A stretch of 32,154 nucleotides of DNA from a virus (taxonomy: Duplodnaviria; Caudoviricetes): IMG/VR virus record IMGVR_UViG_3300017766_002486, positions 1-32,154 of that record. One strand, given 5' to 3'. The notes under the pieces are model-generated. The model saw only the letters and a program-made list of their open reading frames with translations, was not told where the DNA came from and did no database searches. A program made the translations under genes and the position numbers. Positions 1 through 8,111 of this stretch are shown here, in pieces. Numbering within the stretch: position 1 is the stretch's first letter; each line of letters begins with the position of its first letter.

Positions 1-59
1 ACGCGATAAGCGGGGGGGGTGGTAAAAGATTCCTTTGAGCCCCTTTTCCCCTGTTTTCC

Positions 60-524
60 TCATGTGCCGCGGACACGGCGCAAACCGCTCTCCATGCGTG
101 TGCGAAAGCAGGCTACTTGCTGCACCACCGATACACGGGAGCAGCCGAGTAGTTTTGATATTTGTTTGTGCGTCAGCTTGGAGCCGATTCCTAGGCCGAT
201 ACGGACCACCTCTGCCTGCCCACGTAGCACCGGGCAGCGCTTGCCTCCGATCGTGTCGAGCACGACAGCCAGGACGGTGAGCACCTCGTCCCTGGTATAG
301 GTCGACGGCCTCACTGTCGCGTCGGCTCCTTCGGTCTGTCTGATACGGAAGCAGGCGCGTGCCTCATCCAGCTCCATGACTGTATCACCTGAACGGGGTA
401 GCTCGCGGTAAGGGCGGAAGCCGTTGGCCCTAGCCCGGGCCTGAGCCTTGGGGGATAGGGAGTCGAAGTGAGCATCGACGGCGCGTTGATGCTCTAGCGG
501 GATGTTGTCCTGAGTCTCGGCCAC
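60..524 (-). CDS. putative DNA-binding regulator with C-terminal sigma70 region 4-like HTH
   Basis: 154 aa ORF, GTG start. The C-terminal segment VVRIGLGIGSKLTHKQISKLLGCSRVSVVQQV resembles a sigma-r4/HTH. It would lie just upstream of terS if the genome is circularised. Confidence 0.5.
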   Translation of the reverse strand: MAETQDNIPLEHQRAVDAHFDSLSPKAQARARANGFRPYRELPRSGDTVMELDEARACFRIRQTEGADATVRPSTYTRDEVLTVLAVVLDTIGGKRCPVLRGQAEVVRIGLGIGSKLTHKQISKLLGCSRVSVVQQVACFRTRMESGLRRVRGT

Positions 525-580
525 TTGCCTAGGTTGTAGGGCTCAAGGTGGCTTGAAGTGAAACTATAACCCGACAAGGT

Positions 581-852
581 GCGTTTGCATCTGTTTGCAG
601 GCGTTTGCAGGACTTGCAAACACCTTAACCCCTTGACTAGCAACTGACTTGCAGACGACTACTACTACTACCTACAACTATATAGATAGATATATATAGA
701 GAGAGAGAGAAGAAGGGGAGAGGGGAGGGGGTATCCTATAAAGGGGGCTATAGCGTGGGAAAGTTGCAAACACGGACTTGCATACGTAAAGCCTTACCAC
801 TGCAGACGTTTAGCACGTTTGCAGAGTAGGCCGAAACTGTTGCAACAGACCG
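581..852. repeat. putative replication origin: TTGCA iterons flanking a low-complexity AT/purine tract
   Basis: Non-coding region directly downstream of the primase-helicase. Four (G/C)TTGCA-type units lie at 10-bp period (581-620), with more TTGCA copies at ~649, 764, 778, 819 and 840. The centre (657-731) is (ACT)n, (TA)n, (GA)n and G-rich. Confidence 0.6.
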
Positions 853-3486
853 TTAGTCGAGGAAAGCCGACCTCGGAATCCTGACCGCTCGGTGTATCGA
901 CGCGCCAAAACGGACGCCCGCCACGTGGGCCGCACCCGGGACTCTTGCAAACTGATCCTTCCACTTGTCAGCCCAGGACGTGTCCATGAACAGGGTCCGC
1001 AGGGCCGGGTGGTGGTTGGAGATGGCCACGGTATCGTCCTCGAGACGGATGCCTGAGCGCATGAGGTTCTGCCGCAGGTTGTCGGCCTCGTCCACGGTGA
1101 CCTCAGTCGAGTAGTAAGCCTGCACCAGTTCGCCGATGGAGCGGGTGTAGGTGTGGTCGCCCTGCTCGAAGCGGATGGACTTATCGAGCATCCAAGCGAG
1201 GGCTCGGACTTCGTCCTGGTCAGCCTCGTCGGGCATGAAGCCGTGCCAGTTCTGCTTCTCGACCCAAGCGGTGGCGTCCTCAAGTGTGAGCACCCGCGTC
1301 GAGGTAAGCGAGAAGGCGCCGGATAGGAGAGCGCCGAGCTGGTCGCCGATACGCTGGTCCCCTAGCTTGATGGCCACGGCCTTGGCGAATGTGCGGGCGT
1401 TGGCGGTGATGCTCATGGCGTTAGCCAGGGCACGGGAGCGGATGCCCTCGGCATACTCCGGGCGGGCCACGGTCTCGGCCCACAGGGTCTTCAGCTGCTC
1501 GAAGCGTTCTCGACCTCCGTCGGTGTTGTCCTTCCGCAGTTCGAGGGAGGTGATACGGCTGGTATCGGCGCGCTGGTTAGCGGCCACGCCGATGGAGGCG
1601 AAGGCGAAGCAGGAACGGATCTGATACTCGTGGGCCTTGCCTGACGCGGAGCCCTTACCGATGCCTGCGCCGGTCTCAGCTGAGGCGGCGCGGGCGAGTT
1701 CGAGGATGGACTGCATCCGCATCTGGCCGCGCTTATCTTCGGACTCGGCCTCGTCGAACACGACAGGCAGGGCGTCGGACTTGAGGCGCTGACGGATGTA
1801 AGCCTCGGTGGTAGCGGACTGGACGGACAGGGCGAGACGGCCTACGAGCGGGTCGAGGATGTTGTTGAGCAGCCAAGTCTTGCCGGAGCCCGAGGGGCCG
1901 TTGACCCAGATATGGGGACGCCATCCGAGCACGCCGCAGATCGGGGCGATGACGCACCAGCCGGCGAAGAACTTGGAGAAGATAGGCTCCTTCCAGTTCA
2001 TCATGTCGGTCAGCTGCATGAGGCGGGCGGCCTCGGCGTTGGAGATGGGTTCAGCCTGGTCGGCCTCGAGGCGCTGTCCTTGGGTGTAAATCCACTTGGA
2101 CTGCCAAGACGGGATGGTGCGTTCCTCGTTACCGATCAGGAGACGGTCGCCTGCATGGAACAGGACCTGCTCGCCATCGACCCAACAGCCACGGCCACGG
2201 ACGCGGCGAGGGGCGAAGATGCCTTCGCGGTGGCTGGCTTGGATGAGCGCGTTGGCTGCGGCCTTCCAGTCAGCGCCTTCACGCCCGGGGAAGTGAGTCT
2301 CCCACCAGTTGGCTCCCGCGAGACGCAGGAACGGGAGGTGCTTGTGGTCGCTGGCGGTGAGCGCGACGATCTGCTGGCTGGAGTCGGGTAGGTAGAAGTA
2401 AACGCCCTCATCATGGCCAAGGACGCGGAAGGGCCACGGCTCGGCCTCGACAGGGTCGGGCTCATGCAGGGGCTGGGCGTCGAGGTTGGCGTAGTCGATG
2501 GCTTCAAGGACTTCGGGAGGGGGCGGCGGCTCGGCAGCAGGCGGTGGGGTTGGCTCGCCCTTGATGTGAGCGCGCACGCGGTCGGTGTCCCAGCCTTCAG
2601 CCTCGGCGTCGGCTAGGTCCCAGCCTTCGGCCACGCCGGTGGGCGGGGTGACGATGCGGACGTTGGGGAGTTGCTTGCGGATGAGCTCGATGCACTTACG
2701 CCCGGGCTCGTCGGCATCAGGCCAGAACAGGACCTTGCGCTCGGCGAGTGGGGACCAGTCGGCAAGGCTGACGGCTTTGGAGCCACCTGACCAGGTCGTG
2801 ACGGCCAGATGAGGCATGAGGCGCTGCGCGGCGTCGGCGGTCTTCTCGCCCTCGACGATGAGCACCCAGCCGGTGCTGGCTACGACGCGAGGCAGGGAGT
2901 AGAGGGGGCGGGGCTTGGCGAAGGACTTCCAGCGCCATGCTTCACGGCCAGAGACGTGGCGGCACCACGTGATGGGGAGGACTTCCTTGGAGCCGTCGGG
3001 CAGGTCGAACCTGCAGATCAGTCCGACGCGGTGACCTTCGGCGGTGAGATAGGGCCAAGTGGCAACGGGCTGGCCGTGCTTGTAGTGGTTGAGGTCGGGC
3101 TCATGGCAGCCCTCGGGAGCGTGGGCGAGAGGCTCCCACTCAGACGCGGCGCTAGGCTTGGACTCATACTCGGCCTTCGGCGCGGAGCCGGAGAGGTTGC
3201 CCAGGGAGAGACGCTCGGTCAGTTCCTTGGCGGCCTCGCCCTGCTTGCATCCACGGATCGCGGCGAGCAGGGAGATGGGGTCGGAGCCCTTGAGGTCGCC
3301 GGCGAAGTCGGCCCACTTGCCGTTGGTCAGGTTGATGGAGAGGGATGAGCCGGGTTCTCCGTTGATGGAGCCGACGCGGAACTCGTGGCCGTCCTTCTTG
3401 CCTGCTGGGAACCATTCCATGCAGAGGGATTCAAGGGAGCCGAGCGCGGCGTTGTTGATGGAAGCGAAATCAAGACGAGGTGCCAT
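853..3486 (-). CDS. DNA primase-helicase (TOPRIM primase plus C-terminal P-loop helicase)
   Basis: 877 aa. TOPRIM motifs VLIVEGEKTADA and WPDADEPG, Walker A GPSGSGKT, Walker B VVFDEAE, and a Pro-rich linker between the domains. Confidence 0.85.
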   Translation of the reverse strand: MAPRLDFASINNAALGSLESLCMEWFPAGKKDGHEFRVGSINGEPGSSLSINLTNGKWADFAGDLKGSDPISLLAAIRGCKQGEAAKELTERLSLGNLSGSAPKAEYESKPSAASEWEPLAHAPEGCHEPDLNHYKHGQPVATWPYLTAEGHRVGLICRFDLPDGSKEVLPITWCRHVSGREAWRWKSFAKPRPLYSLPRVVASTGWVLIVEGEKTADAAQRLMPHLAVTTWSGGSKAVSLADWSPLAERKVLFWPDADEPGRKCIELIRKQLPNVRIVTPPTGVAEGWDLADAEAEGWDTDRVRAHIKGEPTPPPAAEPPPPPEVLEAIDYANLDAQPLHEPDPVEAEPWPFRVLGHDEGVYFYLPDSSQQIVALTASDHKHLPFLRLAGANWWETHFPGREGADWKAAANALIQASHREGIFAPRRVRGRGCWVDGEQVLFHAGDRLLIGNEERTIPSWQSKWIYTQGQRLEADQAEPISNAEAARLMQLTDMMNWKEPIFSKFFAGWCVIAPICGVLGWRPHIWVNGPSGSGKTWLLNNILDPLVGRLALSVQSATTEAYIRQRLKSDALPVVFDEAESEDKRGQMRMQSILELARAASAETGAGIGKGSASGKAHEYQIRSCFAFASIGVAANQRADTSRITSLELRKDNTDGGRERFEQLKTLWAETVARPEYAEGIRSRALANAMSITANARTFAKAVAIKLGDQRIGDQLGALLSGAFSLTSTRVLTLEDATAWVEKQNWHGFMPDEADQDEVRALAWMLDKSIRFEQGDHTYTRSIGELVQAYYSTEVTVDEADNLRQNLMRSGIRLEDDTVAISNHHPALRTLFMDTSWADKWKDQFARVPGAAHVAGVRFGASIHRAVRIPRSAFLD

Positions 3487-3489
3487 AGG

Positions 3490-3498
3490 GTGCGGGAT
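3490..3498 (-). promoter_or_regulatory. ATCCCGCAC box before primase start
   Basis: Minus strand reads GCCATCCCGCACCCT-ATG. Confidence 0.6.
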
Positions 3499-3524
3499 GG
3501 CCCAAGGTGGCCTGCACCGAGGGG

Positions 3525-3869
3525 TCAGGCAACCAGAAAAGATATGTCATCCACCGACCTAGCCACGACCGCGATGCCTCCGGCCTTGAGGACAGCCGCC
3601 CGCCATGTCTCCTGCTCGGGGGATAGGCGGCCTGTAGGGGTCTTTACCTCGACCGATAGGAAGCGGGCAAAGCGTTGGCCGACCATGGCTTCGGTGATGA
3701 CCACGGACTGCCAGCCGATCAGGTCAGCCGAGCCGGTGGCTAGGCCGTAGCGGACAAGGCGTCCAGAGCGTGGGTCTTTGTATGCGCCGCAATTATTCCG
3801 AAACATCTTGATGCCCGGGCATTGTCCCAGGGTTAGTCGGATGTCCTGCTGGATGGCGGCCTCGCTCAT
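3525..3869 (-). CDS. VRR-NUC domain nuclease (PD-(D/E)XK, Holliday-junction resolvase-like)
   Basis: MSEAAIQQDI start, FRNN, GSADLIG, SVEVKTPTGRLSPEQ and GGIAVVARS are all typical of VRR-NUC. Adjacent to the helicase. Confidence 0.85.
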   Translation of the reverse strand: MSEAAIQQDIRLTLGQCPGIKMFRNNCGAYKDPRSGRLVRYGLATGSADLIGWQSVVITEAMVGQRFARFLSVEVKTPTGRLSPEQETWRAAVLKAGGIAVVARSVDDISFLVA

Positions 3870-5239
3870 TTCTTCTGGCGTGCCTTGAACACGTTGTGAG
3901 CCCAGCCGTAAGGGTTCTTCATGCCGCGAGCCTTGCCGACTCTGATCAGGTCCTCCAGGGATTGCGCCGTGCCTTGCTCCCGCTTGCGCTGCCGAACGGC
4001 CTCGCGGGCCTTCAGCTCTTCGAGCTCGCCATCGACCACGTCAGGGATGCGGTCCTTGATTTCGTAGACGTGCAAGCACTGCGGACAGGTCGGGCTTGGG
4101 GTATGGACGGCGAAGCACTCCGGGCATTGGCGGGTGTCGGCCACGTCGTCCTGCGGTCCGCGCTTGGCTCGGCGCTTGATGCCGTCGAGCGACCAGTCGC
4201 GAACCTCTTCGGCGAGGCCGTGCCGCCTGCAGTTGCCCACGTGGTCTAGGATGACGGCGCGGGGCTTGTTCGGTGCTGGCCTGAGCACTCGACCGATCTG
4301 CTGGAGGTGCAGGGACAGTGACGCGGTAGGGCGTAGCAGGATGGCCACGGCCACGCAGGGCAGGTCGAAGCCCTCTGACACGATGTCCACTGAGACGAGG
4401 CCGTGCAGCTGACCCGAGCCCAGGGCGGCTACGCGGGCGGCGCGTTCCTCCTTGGCGAGCGTGCCGTCGATGACCTTGAAGCGATAGCCTGATGCGTTGA
4501 ACGCGGCGGCCACGTTCTCGGCGTGCTTTATTCCTGTGCAGAATACGATGCAGGGCTGGCCCTCGGCATACTTGCGGTAATGGGTGACAGCGTCGCCGGT
4601 GATGGTCGGCTTGTCCATACGCTCGGCGACCTCGGCGCGGTTGAAGTCTCCGGCCACCTTATGCACGCCCTCCATGCTTACGGTCTTGGGCGCGTAATAC
4701 ACTGGTTTACATAAGTAGCCATCCTCTATGAGTTTTGTAACCTCGGGCCCACGGATCAGGTCGTCGAACACTTGGCCGAGGCCCTTGCCGTCGAGCCGTG
4801 CCGGTGTCGCGGTGACGCCGAGCACGCGGGCTTGCGGCCACTGAGCCAGCACCGAAGCCCATGCGCCTGCCGTGGCGTGGTGAGCCTCGTCGATTACGAT
4901 CAGGTCGGGCGGCACGACGCGGTCGAACCTGCGGACGAGCGTCTGCACGCTGGCGACCTGCGTCAGTTGGTTGCGGTCAGGCGTGAGGCCGGCGGCGATG
5001 AGGCCGTGCGGCACGTCCATGGACGCGAGCGAGCGGTGGCACTGCTCCAGGAGTTCGGCGCGGTGGACGAGGATGAGCGTGCGGTTGCCCTTGGCCGCAG
5101 CTGAGGCCGTCACGTAGGAGAACATGACGGTCTTACCCGAGCCGGTGGGGGCGACGAGCAGGGGCTTGCGGCGGCCTGCTCGGAAGGCTTCGCGGACTTG
5201 GTCAACGGCGGACTGCTGGTATGGACGGAGAGGGAACAC
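3866..5239 (-). CDS. SF2 DEAD/DEAH-box helicase with C-terminal Zn ribbon
   Basis: LRPYQ, APTGSGKT, IDEAHH, TATP, SEGFDLP and QQIGRVLR motifs, plus CPEC...CPQC. Confidence 0.92.
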   Translation of the reverse strand: MFPLRPYQQSAVDQVREAFRAGRRKPLLVAPTGSGKTVMFSYVTASAAAKGNRTLILVHRAELLEQCHRSLASMDVPHGLIAAGLTPDRNQLTQVASVQTLVRRFDRVVPPDLIVIDEAHHATAGAWASVLAQWPQARVLGVTATPARLDGKGLGQVFDDLIRGPEVTKLIEDGYLCKPVYYAPKTVSMEGVHKVAGDFNRAEVAERMDKPTITGDAVTHYRKYAEGQPCIVFCTGIKHAENVAAAFNASGYRFKVIDGTLAKEERAARVAALGSGQLHGLVSVDIVSEGFDLPCVAVAILLRPTASLSLHLQQIGRVLRPAPNKPRAVILDHVGNCRRHGLAEEVRDWSLDGIKRRAKRGPQDDVADTRQCPECFAVHTPSPTCPQCLHVYEIKDRIPDVVDGELEELKAREAVRQRKREQGTAQSLEDLIRVGKARGMKNPYGWAHNVFKARQKK

Positions 5240-5349
5240 GTGCGGGAATAGGGGGACAATGGGTCGTTATAACTGGGGGTAAAGATTTATAACGCTTTGT
5301 GGTTTACAGCGGAAGACGGCCCGCCAGTGTGACCGAGCAATCCCGCACC
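5240..5349. promoter_or_regulatory. divergent promoter/control region
   Basis: AT-richer intergenic region between divergent operons. TTTACA-N16-CAGTGT points right (5303-5330) and TTTACC-N16-CATTGT points left. Inverted repeat CGTTATAA/TTATAACG at 5265-5272/5287-5294. TCCCGCAC boxes sit at both ends (5240-5247 minus, 5341-5348 plus). Confidence 0.6.
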
Positions 5350-5463
5350 ATGAAACTAATCGCCTACCTCCTAATCGCGCTGGCCATCGGCTATGCGCTC
5401 GCCGTGTTCCTCGACCCGTCCTTCCCGGACCTGCTCGAGATCATCGACAACCCCAAGTTCTAA
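5350..5463 (+). CDS. small single-pass membrane protein (37 aa, not in ORF track)
   Basis: Translated by hand: MKLIAYLLIALAIGYALAVFLDPSFPDLLEIIDNPKF*. It is preceded by ATCCCGCACC and is the first gene of the rightward operon. Confidence 0.65.
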   Translation: MKLIAYLLIALAIGYALAVFLDPSFPDLLEIIDNPKF

Positions 5464-5467
5464 TCCC

Positions 5468-5770
5468 ATGAGCAAGAAACCCACCATCCCCCAGCCGCGT
5501 CACCGCGACGACATCGGACGCAACGCCCTGGTCAACCTGCTGGAGAACATCGACGGTGCCCAGATTATGAAGGACGCCGGCAAGCCGCAGGAGGAAGTCA
5601 TCGGCTACGTCGAGACCGCCATCGCGGACTTCAAGGCCACGCCGGGCATCTCCTGCGACGGCGGTGCTATCTTCTTCGGCATCACGCTCGGGCGCATCAC
5701 GCTCGACGTGACCTTCAGCGACGCCTCGGGCGAGGTGTCCATCACCTACATGGCCAAGCGCCGCGACTAA
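5468..5770 (+). CDS. hypothetical protein (100 aa)
   Basis: Start MSKKPTIPQ lies 4 nt after the previous stop, with C-rich third positions like its neighbours. Confidence 0.7.
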   Translation: MSKKPTIPQPRHRDDIGRNALVNLLENIDGAQIMKDAGKPQEEVIGYVETAIADFKATPGISCDGGAIFFGITLGRITLDVTFSDASGEVSITYMAKRRD

Positions 5771-5780
5771 TCTCCCGCAC

Positions 5781-6077
5781 ATGAAACCCAAGAACATCGA
5801 CGACGCAGGCCGTCTTGAAGCCTGCAAAGAACTGATCATCGAACACCGCAAGAAGGCCGGAGCCCGGGCAACCTACGAGCTCTACGGCATCCTGTTCGGA
5901 AAGAAGGTCGAACTCGACCGCGTGGACCACGCGCCGACCTCGGCTGACTTCGCCGGCATGATCGGCAAGAAGCGCATCGCCTCGCTGTTCACGGCCTACG
6001 ACATGGTCGTGGAGTTCCGTGGCAACTGGAAGACCGACGCCGAGGCTAAGGTTGTCGCGTGGGAGGCTGCTCAGTAA
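5781..6077 (+). CDS. hypothetical protein (98 aa)
   Basis: ORF preceded by TCCCGCAC and tightly packed in the operon. Confidence 0.7.
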   Translation: MKPKNIDDAGRLEACKELIIEHRKKAGARATYELYGILFGKKVELDRVDHAPTSADFAGMIGKKRIASLFTAYDMVVEFRGNWKTDAEAKVVAWEAAQ

Positions 6078-6081
6078 GACC

Positions 6082-6384
6082 ATGCGTCCTGTCACGTCCA
6101 ACGAGGTGGCCGCCATCAAGATGCGCCACTACTACGCGGCCAACAAGGAGAAGCTGAAGGCCCGGGCTTATGCCTGGCGTGCCGCCAACCGCGAGAAGTA
6201 TATCTCCTACCAGAAGGCTTACGCAAAGGCTCACGCGGATCGGCACAAGGCCGCCTTGGCCGCTTACTACCAGCGCAACAAGGAAGTCCTGAAGGCCAAG
6301 GCCAAGGCTTGGCAGAAGGCCAACCCCGACAAGGTCCGAGGCTACTACCTCGCCCGCAAGGCCCGCCTCTCCACCCATGCCTGA
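6082..6384 (+). CDS. basic helical repeat protein resembling the N-terminal arm of phage HNH endonucleases, no nuclease domain
   Basis: Repeats YYAANKEKLKA, WRAANREKY, YYQRNKEVLKA and WQKANPDKV. ATG at 6082 follows the stop at 6077. Confidence 0.6.
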   Translation: MRPVTSNEVAAIKMRHYYAANKEKLKARAYAWRAANREKYISYQKAYAKAHADRHKAALAAYYQRNKEVLKAKAKAWQKANPDKVRGYYLARKARLSTHA

Positions 6385-6706
6385 CCCCCTAGCCCATCAT
6401 CCCTCCATGCTCATCATCCGACCCGACTCACTCCCCCGCCTCTGGTGGCTGTTCCCCTGGAGCATGGCCCGTCAGCTGCACAAGAACGCCGTCGCCATCC
6501 GCGAGATGGCCGACAACCAGTCCACGACCATCACCAATCAGGCCAAAATCCTTGGCCGATACATGGATGAGAACCGCGAACTGAAGGCCGAGGTCACCCG
6601 CCTCGCCCACTCCCGCGAGCATTGGATCGCCAAGCACGACCGGGCCTACGCCGTCGCCATGCACAACGAGCGAGTCATCCTTGAGATGGAGAACCGCAGC
6701 CGATGA
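6377..6706 (+). CDS. hypothetical coiled-coil protein
   Basis: 109 aa ORF with overlapping start/stop junctions to its neighbours. Confidence 0.6.
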   Translation: MPDPLAHHPSMLIIRPDSLPRLWWLFPWSMARQLHKNAVAIREMADNQSTTITNQAKILGRYMDENRELKAEVTRLAHSREHWIAKHDRAYAVAMHNERVILEMENRSR

Positions 6707-6909
6707 ACCTCACCCACCACCAGATGGCCACGCGGCACATGGCCACCGAGGTCGAGCACATCAACCGCCTGATCTATACGAAGGACCTTTCCGTGGCCAA
6801 GGCCAAGGTGATGCTGGCCGACGCGGCCCATGCCGCCCGTCAGCACTGCCCGGACTGCACCATCAAGTTCGGCATCAACGCGGGGAGGGCTTGGTTCAAC
6901 GTGCTATGA
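6703..6909 (+). CDS. hypothetical protein (68 aa)
   Basis: ATGA overlaps on both sides. Confidence 0.6.
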   Translation: MNLTHHQMATRHMATEVEHINRLIYTKDLSVAKAKVMLADAAHAARQHCPDCTIKFGINAGRAWFNVL

Positions 6910-7142
6910 GTGACATAGACCGCACGCGGATGATACCCCTGCACATCGCCGACCAGGCTGTGGCGGCCTGCGACGCGGAGATCGCGAAGCTGAGGGAGGA
7001 AGTCCATCGGCTCCGCACCGCCGGGGACGGCCTATACAAGTCCATGCTGGAAATCGGATGCAACGAGATGGCCGACAACTTTCAGTATGACGCATGGCGG
7101 GATTCGATGAAGGCATGGAAGGAGACCAACCCCCATGCCTAA
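6906..7142 (+). CDS. hypothetical protein (78 aa)
   Basis: Start MSDIDRTRM at an ATGA overlap. It is the 3' part of track ORF 6681..7142. Confidence 0.6.
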   Translation: MSDIDRTRMIPLHIADQAVAACDAEIAKLREEVHRLRTAGDGLYKSMLEIGCNEMADNFQYDAWRDSMKAWKETNPHA

Positions 7143-7287
7143 GCAGAAGCGCCGCCCCGAGCGTAGCCGTCCCGGCCTCAAGCAACTCACCCCCGCCGAG
7201 CGTCGCATCGTCGAGGAGCGTATCGCCGATCATAAGAAGCGCTGGGAATACCTGTTCAGCATCAACCTCTGGAAGCCCAGCAAATGA
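7135..7287 (+). CDS. small basic hypothetical protein (50 aa, not in ORF track)
   Basis: MPKQKRRPERSRPGLKQLTPAERRIVEERIADHKKRWEYLFSINLWKPSK* fills the gap exactly, with overlaps at both ends. Confidence 0.6.
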   Translation: MPKQKRRPERSRPGLKQLTPAERRIVEERIADHKKRWEYLFSINLWKPSK

Positions 7288-7637
7288 CCACGCCATACAA
7301 CCCGCGCTCAGGCATCGGCGAACTGCACGACCTCATCGACAAGTTCGTGCCGGTCCGTGAGGCCGCGCTCCAGGAGCACTACATGAAGGCCGCCGAGACG
7401 CGCGCGCTCCTGAAGTCTCTCGGGTGCTGGCCGACCGACAAGCGCAAGCCAGTCGAGCCTAGGGGCAAGAAGCCGAAGGCCGGCAAACTTGCCAGCGAGC
7501 TAGGCCGCGAGGCTTACCACTGGGCGCACGCCAATAACGCCACCTACACCGAGGCCGCCGAACGCTTCCGCATCGACGCGAACTCAATCCACTCCTACCG
7601 CCAATACCGCAAACTCCCTAAACTCCGCACCAAATGA
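7284..7637 (+). CDS. hypothetical protein with probable C-terminal HTH
   Basis: ATYTEAAERFRIDANSIHSY resembles an HTH; ATGA overlaps. Confidence 0.55.
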   Translation: MTTPYNPRSGIGELHDLIDKFVPVREAALQEHYMKAAETRALLKSLGCWPTDKRKPVEPRGKKPKAGKLASELGREAYHWAHANNATYTEAAERFRIDANSIHSYRQYRKLPKLRTK

Positions 7638-7861
7638 ACAACCTCCCAGACTACGACGAAATCACCCGGCTACGGCTCCGCCTTGCCGAGGTCGAACTCC
7701 AGCGCGACGCCTTCAAGGCCATGGCCGACAAGGCCGTGACTGACCTGATCCGTCAGGTCATGGACCGCGAACGCTGGCAGGTCGGACTCCCCGGCGTATC
7801 GACCTACACCTACGCCCCGACCGAGCAGCCGAAACCCGCCAAGCGTAAGCGCCGTGGCTGA
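7634..7861 (+). CDS. hypothetical protein (75 aa)
   Basis: Coupled ORF with a coiled-coil-like N-terminus, preceded by CTCCGCACCAA. Confidence 0.6.
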   Translation: MNNLPDYDEITRLRLRLAEVELQRDAFKAMADKAVTDLIRQVMDRERWQVGLPGVSTYTYAPTEQPKPAKRKRRG

Positions 7862-8111
7862 GCACGAACTGACGGTCACCCACAAGGGTTCCGAGTATCA
7901 GGTCATCCTGGACGGCTCGGCCATGTATGTGGACGACTCTTTCGACCATGAGTTCGGGACCGAGCAGCGCGGCCACTGGGAACTCGACTGGGACGAGACC
8001 GAAATCGTGGCGGTCCTTAACGACATCGGCGAAGAGATTGACCCCGACGACGTGCCCGGGCTGGTCCTTGCCATCAGAGACGCATCTAATGACATCGAAA
8101 TCGAGGGCTAA
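7854..8111 (+). CDS. highly acidic small protein
   Basis: 85 aa, about 24 D/E versus 3 K/R by hand count. The GTG start overlaps the previous gene. Confidence 0.65.
   Translation: MAEHELTVTHKGSEYQVILDGSAMYVDDSFDHEFGTEQRGHWELDWDETEIVAVLNDIGEEIDPDDVPGLVLAIRDASNDIEIEG

Noticed and set aside
581-852. CRISPR array or simple sequencing artefact
   Set aside because: Repeats are 5-10 bp with no 25-45 bp repeat/spacer periodicity and no cas genes. The iteron arrangement next to a primase fits an origin better.
1391-1397. Additional CCCGCAC copies inside the primase gene (1391-1397) and antisense in the protease gene (27515-27521)
   Set aside because: They lack the preceding T/AT and are not near a start codon, consistent with chance occurrence in GC-rich DNA.
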